Positions 39,783 through 50,800 of a stretch of 64,000 nucleotides of DNA are shown here, piece after piece. A program made the translations under genes and the position numbers. The DNA is taken from contig JAUCBJ010008526.1 in assembly GCA_032718475.1 (NCBI GenBank), forward strand, positions 1 through 64,000, written 5' to 3'. The stretch comes from Nemertoderma westbladi (lineage: Eukaryota; Animalia; Xenacoelomorpha). Numbering within the stretch: position 1 is the stretch's first letter; each line of letters opens with the position of its first letter. The notes beneath the pieces were generated by a model. The model did not search any database, was not told where the DNA came from, and worked only from the letters and a program-made list of their open reading frames with translations.

Positions 39783-40492
39783 TGATACTGTTGTTACGAA
39801 AGCAATGTATAGTTTATACGAAATGACCGCTGATGAAAAACTCAAACTGAAACCTTCGTTGTTGAAAGAGCTGACGTTTTTGGTTGAATTTCCTATTTTA
39901 TACTTTGTATAATTTACAACTATATAATTATAGTAAAGCTTTGGGAATGCTATTTAATTATATAAGGATTTATATGGGGATACTAACCTTAGCTGAGATA
40001 CAAAGCGTTTCATTTATTACTATAAGTATCACAGCGGTTTAAGCTTTACAGGGTGTGGTTTAAATGATTTAATATTTAAAATAAATGAGAAATATCCTTG
40101 AGATTGAGTAACAGGGCCGTTTCACTTTGCTCGATATTGTTGTCACTGCGGGTTGACTTTCCGTTGCGGGGATACCCAAGTCTGCTCATTGTGCTCTTGG
40201 ATCAAACGCGATGTAGTTGGGGAATGTTCCATCGTATATCACTAAGGGTGTGTGAGGGGGTAGGGTGTCTACCAACTCCATACTACCATTGGGGAAGCAA
40301 AAACTATTCTTTGCAACAACCAATGTTGATGCTTCATAGTTCAGTCCGGAATTTTGTTAGATACGACTAATTTTTGAGAAATAATAAGGAAAGAGGAACA
40401 TAATGTACTTCCTAAAATAGGGTGACGTTTGAATTTTATCTTTGAACTACCCAAAATTTGGTCTTATTTCAATCAGTGTTGTGGAAGTTTAG

Positions 40493-40960
<468 letters not shown>

Positions 40961-41187
40961 TAAATATTGAACTTGAACTCAATTCTTGATTTATTTATTT
41001 GGTCTTTATTTCGTAAGTCTTGAGTTTAACTATAGTTCACTGCACCTACTGAATTTCGAATAATAATAATATTATTTAGCGCGATAATATTAGTAATTTT
41101 TATCAGTTGTGGTTACTTACACCCCTCTGGGTCAGTGTCTGCCATAGCCCACCATTACAGTCTACTACTACTAGGTCGAGCGAACTC

Positions 41188-43944
41188 GGACTCGCCCTCG
41201 CGTCAGCAGATGATAGTGGTAATGGTGGAATTGGTCTATTGATGAATCCAACTGCACATGCAGCATTGGACAAAATAGACCAAACTTCTAACCGCATCAT
41301 CTGTTGCCACTTCTCATGTTCTGGAAGACTGGCTAAGAAGTTTCCTAAGGTGGTTCTGATTGTGTGCTACTCTCCAACTAGTGTTGCCCCTGTAGAGGAG
41401 GTGGACAATTTCTACCACAATCCACAAGCAGCTACTCTAAGCAGAGACTTTAATGCAATTCCGCATCAATGACCTACATTACCCTGGGTCTATAGCGATA
41501 GTGTTAACCGAAATTCCGTACATCTTCAGAATATTATATCTGGAAATGGATTGTTTTCGGTTGGAACCCAGTTCAAGAAGCGAACTGGAAAGCTATGGAC
41601 TCATAGTGGAGCCAGTGGTCACAAGTCCCAGATAGACAATATTCTGTTTCGTAGGAAATACAGGAGCTCTATACAAGACTAATGCATTTACACTTCGACC
41701 CTTCTCCAGTGATCATCGCCTTATTGTGGCCAAGGTAAGACTTAGTCTGCGTGCTAGCAGAACGAAATCTGCCTTGCCGCGGCATGACTGGTCCTCTCTG
41801 TTGCAACAGCCAAGCAACTGAGCAACAAGTATGATGTTCTTGCCTCTGATGCGGCAGATCACTGTGAGGGCTATACTGCCTTCGCAGAAGCAGTTAAGTT
41901 AGCAGCTGCAGAAACAGTTCCTGTATACCCTCGAAACAGGAAAAGTGCCCCCTGGACTGACAACAAAATGCAGAAGTGCCGAAATGACCTATATAAGGCG
42001 CAGAAAGAGTCCCGACTCAAACAGACTACAGCGGCCAAGAATGCAGTTAAGGCTGCAGCTAGGCCCCTGAACAGACAGTACTCTGTTAATCTACAGGAGC
42101 TAATAAACCAACAGGTTGATGCCATCAATGATGCTGACGACAGCAGGCAATCATCCCAGGCATGGAAATCGAACAACTTGCTTACTGGGCTGAAAAGCCA
42201 ACCAACCACCAAGGTTAAGGCTGAATCACCAGACGATCGCCTCAATGGTTGGAAGGCCCACTTTGAAAAGCTCCTCAATAATGACAGGGTATTGCCTGAT
42301 AACGTTATAGAAGTAAAAGTGTCTGAGTCTGTACTCCCAGATATTCCCATTGACGATATCTCATTTACAGAAGTGAGGGCTGCTGCAAAGAGCATTAAGA
42401 CGAATCGTGCCAGTGGATTAGATGGTGTTCCCCCTGAGGTCTTTAAAATACCTGAGTGTTTAAAGCTCATCTATCCCATCATAGTAGACATGTACCGAAC
42501 AACAAGAGTCCCACAAGAAATGAAAACAAATAAGTTGGTGCCAGTTCCCAAGAAGGGCAACCTAACACTCTATGGTTCTTTTCGGGGAATCTCATTGATC
42601 TCGATTGCTGCAAAGCTATACAATAGAATTCTATTAAATCGCATCAGGGATCCCATTGAGAGACTACTCCGTGGAAATCAGAATGGGTTCCGTAAAGGTC
42701 GTGGGACCATGGAGCCCATTTTGGCACTTAGAAGGATAATTGAAGAGTTATCAAAAAAGAAAGTCAGGCATCTGGCTGTTATCTTTGTTGACTTCTTCCA
42801 GGCCTTTGATTCAGTCTCTCGCTCACGTATGTTCAGCATACTTTCATTATATGGGATTCCTGATGAAATTATTGCAGCAATCAGATCAGTATACGATGGT
42901 TCGACAACATTTGTGTCTACTGTTGACGGTGACACAGAACCATTTGAAGTGTTATGGGGCGTCCTCCAGGGAGACACACTTGCACCATTCTTGTTCATAA
43001 TTGTTGTTGACTATGTTCTACGCATGTCCTTAGATCATCATAATGATGATGGGGTGATGATAACTCCACCTACTGGCTCCAGAAGTCGAGGAAATCCTGC
43101 TAAGTACCTAACTGATCTAGACTTTGCTGATGACTTAGGAGTACTCTCAGAATCACTAGAGGGAGCCCAACGGCTCCTCAGCTCATTAGAACATGCTGCT
43201 TCTAGTGTTGGTCTTTTTATTAACTCCAGAAAGACCAAAATTTTGACAGTTAACTTTGAAAGTCCTCAGCAAGTCTCTGATCGGATGAGCATAAGCTCAA
43301 AGGATGGTATGCTTGAGCATGTGGACGACTTCTGTTACCTGGGATCATGGATCCGGAAGTCAGGTGAGGACCTTCGAATACGTAAGGGAAAGGCATGGGC
43401 AGCCTTGAATAGGCTTTCCAGGATTTGGAAGTCACCGAGAATTAATCGGAAACTTAAGGTCCGATTATTTAGAGCAGCAGTAGTTCCAGTACTCCTCTAT
43501 GGGAGTCCATGCTGGGCTCTAACTGCTGAGGACACTAGATCTCTGGATGGTACATTCACAAGAATGCTACGCCGGGTTCATTTTGTCAAGAATAATGCAC
43601 ACATCTCCAACCAGACACTATATAACATTGGAGGAGTCTCATTGCTTCCCCCAAGCTTGACACTAGAACAAAATCACCTCCGCTTTGCAGGACATTGATT
43701 TCGCCGTGAGGACCAGCCAGTGCATAATCTTGTACTTTGGCACCCCCCATGGAGTGAATTAGCATGGTGGACAGCTCATGACTTTCTTGAGACGCATCGT
43801 AAAGGACACTGGCCTTGAAGATGCGGATGATCTAGCAAATGTCATGGGTGATAAGGAGTTGTGGCGGCGCAATTTTGTCGACAAGCCGGCACAGCATTCT
43901 TAAAAATGCAGCTGCAATGCAGCATGCCGATCCTAGTAGTAGTA
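41188..43944 (+). mobile_element. 5'-truncated RTE-clade non-LTR retrotransposon
   Basis: Frameshifted APE endonuclease motifs (GGIGLL, VCYSPT, DFNA, SQID, SDHRL), an RT domain, a (TAG)4 tail, and a 13-bp TSD GTCGAGCGAACTC at 41175-41187 and 43945-43957. Confidence 0.93.
41968..43698 (+). pseudogene. RTE reverse transcriptase ORF remnant
   Basis: Motifs PVPKKG, FRGISL, QNGFRKGR, FVDFFQAFDSV, QGDTLAP, FADD and FCYLGS. TGA at 43696 replaces the TGC (GHC) seen in the other copy near 35210, and the upstream endonuclease part is frameshifted. Confidence 0.9.
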
Positions 43945-43968
43945 GTCGAGCGAACTCAAAAATGGATG

Positions 43969-44263
43969 CTACTACTAGGTCGAGCCAACTCTGACAGTGG
44001 AAATGAGATGCTTCCAGGCTTCCTGATTCTCCATAGTTGTCGCAATTTCGTTTCTTTCAAGTTCAGTATTCCTTTCAAGCTGGTCTATATATGTTATAGC
44101 CGTCGTCCACGGGTACGCCGGTTGATGTCCACGACATCAGCTCAAAATTCGACCTTGAGGAAGCAAACAGCTAATTTCTTCGATTTCTGCTCCGAGCAGG
44201 ATTTGAACTCGGGATGTATGCCTTGCAGTATATTAATATAACCCTCTTGACTATTACTGCATC
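43969..44263 (-). mobile_element. tRNA-derived SINE with an RTE-type 3' tail
   Basis: Minus-strand B box GAGTTCAAATCC (44210-44199) followed by TGCTCGGAGCA. The 3' end ...GAGTTGGCTCGACCTAGTAGTAG resembles the RTE tail. Confidence 0.65.
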
Positions 44264-45096
44264 AGAATAAATGTTGTAATTATGTCAAGTTAGTTATCCG
44301 TGCGACAGAACGTTAATTGTAATCCTCTGTATTTTTATTCTATTGTCCTTTCATTAAAATTGAATGGTATTTGCAATATTTATGTCTTATGTCAGGGGCG
44401 AGCCACAATGTGAAAGAAGCCATAGCATATGGGTGCCATTAACGAGTTGTCTGTTGTCGTTGTCGTCTATTCTTTGATCGTAATAACTCGGTTATTCCTT
44501 GATGAAATTAAACGAAACTTGGTACGTATGTAGTTCGTCAAAAGTTTAGAAAGAATCTGAAGTATGGTAAATTGTTATGTTTTTCTTCTATCACCATATG
44601 CAATCTTCCAAAATGTATTCCTCTTCTGCTATCTCCGATTCATATCCACATTCTTCGTCTCCTTCCTCTTCCATGACCACATTCTGCGCCTCATCCATCA
44701 TCTTTAAAAAATTATTCATTCAACTTCGAGTTTCCTTCTTCCTCATCCTCCAAAAAAGGATTATTACGCGCAAAAAATAATCATTAAGGGGGCTACACCA
44801 TTTTTGGACAACTCTTCGATTTATCACTCTCAGCACAGCGTTCAAAATTGTTTGGTTTTGGCTATAATTTGGAATATTGGTGCCTAAGATACTATTCTAC
44901 ATGATAGGTTAGAAAATTTTATTTTTTCGCTATTTAATATTAGTTAATACTAGTTAACAATAAAAACACTTGGTTGCGCTTAAAACCCTAAGGCTTTTAC
45001 AGTTTTGAATCTAATCACATGAAAGTTTTTTTATATGATAGATCAAAGATGGGGCACCATAACTATCAGGCGAAATTTTGTTAAAATAATTCTGCA

Positions 45097-45110
45097 CCAC
45101 TAGGTGGCGC
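45097..45110 (+). promoter_or_regulatory. CTCF-consensus-like motif CCACTAGGTGGCGC
   Basis: Exact match to the CCASYAGRKGGCRS core. A partial opposite-strand copy lies at 45596-45606. Binding cannot be shown from sequence. Confidence 0.35.
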
Positions 45111-46029
45111 TGCAAATTTATGCTAATATTTAAGGTTTGTTATAATCTTATAAATAGTATTAAATTTTATTAACAAAAAATTTAGAAAAGTTGTCTGATA
45201 CTTTTATGCAGGGTGGCTATCTAGACACCCACTGGAAGTTTCAGACTAATTGCTTAAAAATTGTAGAAGTAGGTTTTGAAGTTGACAATTTCATAAAAAA
45301 AATATTTGGAGATAATCGACCTTGCATTATACATACATAGTAATAGTAATTTCAATAGGATTCCCTAAATGGAAATTGTTATAACTTGAAAAATAAAAGA
45401 GCTATTAAATAGCGGTTTTCAGATTTGGAAACACCATTCAATCGTGTATAATTATTGCGCGCAAAAAATAATTATTACACGCGAATTCGATACATGTTAA
45501 TTAAGTGGACATAATTCCAACTTAAATCAGTTTCAATAATTAATGGCCTGTTGTTTCGTATCTATACTTATTGGGGGTTTCGTATAATATACTTTAGCGC
45601 CACCTACCATCAAGTTATGTTACTTTAAATAACAATTGTATATAAGAAGGTTTCGTTTTACTACAATGTCATATTTAAAAAAATTAAATTAATTAAATTT
45701 TAAAATATGAATTATTTGTATATAAATTTAATGTGTCACTCGAAAATAAATTTTCTTAATAAGTAGCCAAAAAATAAATTTTTGTTCAAAAATAGCAAAA
45801 AACCTGTAAATAAAAATATATGAGATCATATCAGATACAATTGGCTTAATTTTATTAGGAAATGTCTACTAAAACAGGTCAATCAGGTCATATTCCTGAT
45901 GAAGGAGGATCATTTCTAGTTCAGTAACCCACTCATGATTGTGCTGTAACTTGCCTGTAACCGAGCTGTAACTCATTTGTTACCGAGCTGTGTAACTCAC
46001 CTGTAAACGAGTTAAAGTTGTTATGTCCC

Positions 46030-46150
46030 TAAGGGGGGGCGTTCATAAAGTATGTCACGCAAATTTTTCCGATTTTTGACACCCCCTCCCCCCTCTGTCA
46101 CAAAGTGTCACACAAGCTCGACCCCCCCCCCCCCCCCCCCTATCACACTA
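46030..46150. mobile_element. Possible single end of a PIF/Harbinger-like MITE
   Basis: TAA followed by GGGGGGGCGTTCATAAAGTATGTCACG and repeated GTCAC motifs. No partner end was found in the window. Confidence 0.3.
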
Positions 46151-46314
46151 GACAATTTGTAATACAAATGTGTTTAATACAATATGTTTATTACTTTCGA
46201 CCTACTGCAGTCCCTCATCCCATATGACTTCAGTTAGATTAGATTATAACTAAATACTTCGAAGGTTCTAATCTATGAGTTATGTAAAATGCTGAACTTC
46301 TACTACTATTGTTC

Positions 46315-46413
46315 TGAAAGAGTAGGTCAATTAAAAGTCAGTTATAAAAGGTGTGAAAGAGTAGGTCAATTAAAAGTCAGTTATAAAAGGTGTGAAAGAG
46401 TAGGTCAATTAAA
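46315..46413. repeat. 39-bp tandem repeat, ~2.5 units
   Basis: TGAAAGAGTAGGTCAATTAAAAGTCAGTTATAAAAGGTG repeated. Confidence 0.9.
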
Positions 46414-46766
46414 TGTAATTAAAATGCTTGACAAAATCGTTGTAACAAAAATATTGTAAAAGGTGTGAAAAATCGATATATAAACAATAACAATGTCGGC
46501 CATAGTGTGTGGATGTGGTAAATCAGTCGAGGTCAATAACCGGAAATGGAATGTGAGGTCCTACGTCATCGTAATGCTGCGTTCCTATTGGTTAAACGCT
46601 TATTTTTCTTGATTGACTGTAATGGTGGGCAATAAGAGAGTTGTTCGGTTATTGATTGTATTGATTGTAATGGTGGGCTATGGCAGACACTGACCCAAAG
46701 GAGTGTAAGTAACCACAACTTTTATCTTTATAAGAACCAATAATAATGATCCTTATTGACTTGCAG

Positions 46767-46917
46767 GATTATCGTGCTAGACTTCGGGGAGGTGGTGCAG
46801 ATGGGAACCCCTTCTGAACTTCTCGCTGAGGATGGGGGCCACTTCTGGGGAATGGCTGAGGCTGCCGGATTAGTTTCATTGGCTGGTCCATCCGAGACTC
46901 GAGGTCGGGTAGACTAG
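46767..46917 (+). CDS. ABCC/MRP1-like transporter terminal coding exon; not in the ORF track
   Basis: TTGCAG| acceptor, phase matches. (R)IIVLDFGEVVQMGTPSELLAEDGGHFWGMAEAAGLVSLAGPSETRGRVD then TAG. Confidence 0.93.
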
Positions 46918-47150
46918 GTCACTCACCTCTACGTAAACCTCTATGGATACAAGAAACTCAACCATCACAACAACTATTAGACATCTATTACCACCTGTTA
47001 TATCTACTAAGATATTAAAGATTTACTTTTAAGGGAATTCTACTTTCTACTCATGTAAAAATATTGTGCCATTATTGAGACGGGGGTGGGGGGCTATTGA
47101 CGCATATCTCATGTCGACGAATTAACAATGTTAGTTATTGATTTATTAAA

Positions 47151-47202
47151 GGAAAGGAGCAGGTTACAGTGGCACATTAATCTAACCAAAACAATAAACG
47201 AA
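47151..47202 (-). repeat. Solitary diverged monomer of the 68-bp repeat, inverted, in the probable ABCC 3' UTR
   Basis: GGAAAGGAGCAGGTTACAG...TCTAACCAAAACAATAAACGA is the reverse complement of the 68-bp unit and contains AATAAA at 47193-47198. Confidence 0.85.
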
Positions 47203-47825
47203 AGTTAAAACCGCAGTTTGGATCAACTGTTATCTTCGTCGGTTTACCCCTGGAGAAGGATGAAAATTAATTGCGTCGAAAGCCCCCCCCCCCCCTACCT
47301 GAAAATTAAATACGTTCAACCAGCCAGACCGGTGACAATGACATTACCAATGTCAATGTATGACTTGAGTAATATAGTGCAAGCGGAATTTAAATTTATT
47401 TAAAAAAAATTATAAAAATTATTTAAAATTTATTTTAATTGTTGGAATCGATTTGACCAATTTAGTACTTATTTTGTTAAATTTTCATATTTTTACTTTT
47501 GGCAAATAGATTTGTACTTATTATTTTTTGGAGACGTTCTTATTACCTCGGACTGGCTGACAGGTGTTTATTTTAGCTCACAGTTTTTATTTGTTTATTA
47601 AGTTAATTATTATAACTCAATTAATATTACCGATACTGAATATCTCCTAGTTTATGATCTATCCCTTTATAGATAGACCATGCTATAGTAGACCTACTAT
47701 GAATTCTCCCAATGCAAAACTATGAATCGTCTAGATACATCCCACATGTACTTTTTACTATCCCATCTTAAAGTAGGTAATTAAAACTTTCAATGTTATT
47801 TGGTATTATTTGATTTGTATCATTG

Positions 47826-50800
47826 CGTGGTAGAATGATGTAGACGTGGTAGAATGATGGAGACGTGGTAGAATCATGGAGACGTGGTAGAATGATGGAG
47901 ACGTGGTAGAATCATGGAGACGTGGTAGAATGATGGAGACGTGGTAGAATGATGGAGACGTGGTAGAATGATGGAGACGTGGTAGAATGATGGAGACGTG
48001 GTAGAATCATGGAGACGTGGTAGAATGATGGAGACGTGGTAGAATGATGGAGACGTGGTAGAATGATGTAGACGTGGTAGAATGATGTAGACGTGGTAGA
48101 ATGATGGAGACGTGGTAGAATCATGGAGACGTGGTAGAATCATGGAGACGTGGTAGAATGATGGAGACGTGGTAGAATCATGGAGACGTGGTAGAATGAT
48201 GGAGACGTGGTAGAATGATGGAGACGTGGTAGAATGATGGAGACGTGGTAGAATGATGGAGACGTGGTAGAATCATGGAGACGTGGTAGAATGATGGAGA
48301 CGTGGTAGAATCATGGAGACGTGGTAGAATGATGGAGACGTGGTAGAATGATGGAGACGTGGTAGAATGATGGAGACGTGGTAGAATCATGGAGACGTGG
48401 TAGAATGATGGAGACGTGGTAGAATGATGGAGACGTGGTAGAATGATGTAGACGTGGTAGAATGATGTAGACGTGGTGGAATGATGGAGACGTGGTAGAA
48501 TCATGGAGACGTGGTAGAATCATGGAGACGTGGTAGAATGATGGAGACGTGGTAGAATCATGGAGACGTGGTAGAATGATGGAGACGTGGTAGAATGATG
48601 GAGACGTGGTAGAATGATGGAGACGTGGTAGAATGATGGAGACGTGGTAGAATCATGGAGACGTGGTAGAATGATGGAGACGTGGTAGAATGATGGAGAC
48701 GTGGTAGAATCATGGAGACGTGGTAGAATCATGGAGACGTGGTAGAATGATGGAGACGTGGTAGAATGATGGAGACGTGGTAGAATGATGGAGACGTGGT
48801 AGAATGATGGAGACGTGGTAGAATGATGGAGACGTGGTAGAATCATGGAGACGTGGTAGAATGATGGAGACGTGGTAGAATGATGGAGACGTGGTAGAAT
48901 GATGGAGACGTGGTAGAATGATGGAGACGTGGTAGAATCATGGAGACGTGGTAGAATGATGGAGACGTGGTAGAATGATGAAGACGTGGTAGAATGATGG
49001 AGACGTGGTAGAATGATGGAGACGTGGTAGAATGATGGAGACGTGGTAGAATGATGGAGACGTGGTAGAATGATGGAGACGTGGTAGAATGATGGAGACG
49101 TGGTAGAATGATGGAGCGTGGTAGAATGATGTAGACGTGGTAGAATGATGGAGACGTGGTAGAATGATGGAGACGTGGTAGAATCATGGAAACGTGGTAG
49201 AATCATGGAGGCGTGGTAGAATGATGGAGACGTGGTAGAATGATGTAGACGTGGTAGAATGATGGAGACGTGGTAGAATGATGTAGACGTGGTAGAATGA
49301 TGGAGACGTGGTAGAATGATGGAGACGTGGTAGAATGATGTAGACGTGGTAGAATGATGGAGACGTGGTAGAATGATGGAGACGTGGTAGAATCATGGAA
49401 ACGTGGTAGAATCATGGAGGCGTGGTAGAATGATGGAGACGTGGTAGAATGATGGAGACGTGGTAGAATGATGGAGACGTGGTAGAATGATGGAGACGTG
49501 GTAGAATCATGGAGACGTGGTAGAATCATGGAGACGTGGTAGAATCATGGAGGCGTGGTAGAATGATGTAGACGTGGTAGAATGATGGAGACGTGGTAGA
49601 ATGATGTAGACGTGGTAGAATGATGGAGACGTGGTAGAATGATGGAGACGTGGTAGAATCATGGAGGCGTGGTAGAATGATGGAGACGTGGTAGAATGAT
49701 GAAGACGTGGTAGAATGATGGAGACGTGGTAGAATGATGAAGACGTGGTAGAATGATGTAGACGTGGTAGAATGATGGAGACGTGGTAGAATGATGGCGA
49801 CGTGGTAGAATGATGGAGACGTGGTAGAATGATGGAGACGTGGTAGAATCATGGAGACGTGGTAGAATCATGGAGACGTGGTAGAATGATGGAGACGTGG
49901 TAGAATGATGGAGACGTGGTAGAATGATGGAGACGTGGTAGAATGATGGAGACGTGGTAGAATGATGGAGACGTGGTAGAATCATGGAGACGTGGTAGAA
50001 TGATGGAGACGTGGTAGAATGATGGAGACGTGGTAGAATGATGGAGACGTGGTAGAATGATGGAGACGTGGTAGAATCATGGAGACGTGGTAGAATGATG
50101 GAGACGTGGTAGAATGATGGAGACGTGGTAGAATGATGGAGACGTGGTAGAATGATGGAGACGTGGTAGAATGATGGAGACGTGGTAGAATGATGGAGAC
50201 GTGGTAGAATGATGGAGACGTGGTAGAATGATGGAGACGTGGTAGAATGATGGAGCGTGGTAGAATGATGTAGACGTGGTAGAATGATGGAGACGTGGTA
50301 GAATGATGGAGACGTGGTAGAATCATGGAAACGTGGTAGAATCATGGAGGCGTGGTAGAATGATGGAGACGTGGTAGAATGATGTAGACGTGGTAGAATG
50401 ATGGAGACGTGGTAGAATGATGTAGACGTGGTAGAATGATGGAGACGTGGTAGAATGATGGAGACGTGGTAGAATGATGTAGACGTGGTAGAATGATGGA
50501 GACGTGGTAGAATGATGGAGACGTGGTAGAATCATGGAAACGTGGTAGAATCATGGAGGCGTGGTAGAATGATGGAGACGTGGTAGAATGATGGAGACGT
50601 GGTAGAATGATGGAGACGTGGTAGAATGATGGAGACGTGGTAGAATCATGGAGACGTGGTAGAATCATGGAGACGTGGTAGAATCATGGAGGCGTGGTAG
50701 AATGATGTAGACGTGGTAGAATGATGGAGACGTGGTAGAATGATGTAGACGTGGTAGAATGATGGAGACGTGGTAGAATGATGGAGACGTGGTAGAATCA

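Larger units (their letters stand above)
41105..46720. mobile_element. Non-autonomous TIR element with AG...CT termini and a 6-bp TSD (Polinton/Maverick-like ends), filled with nested insertions
   Basis: 58-bp TIRs at 41105-41162 and 46663-46720 (AGTTGTGGTTACTTACAC...; 3 mismatches). TTTATC is duplicated at 41099-41104 and 46721-46726. Confidence 0.75.

Noticed and set aside
40098-40370. Coding-looking GC-richer patch in the intron
   Set aside because: No recognisable motif in the + ORF or the one - frame I translated, and that - frame is interrupted by stops.
41968-43698. Active retrotransposon or domesticated RT gene
   Set aside because: 5'-truncated, endonuclease frameshifted, and a premature stop relative to the second copy.
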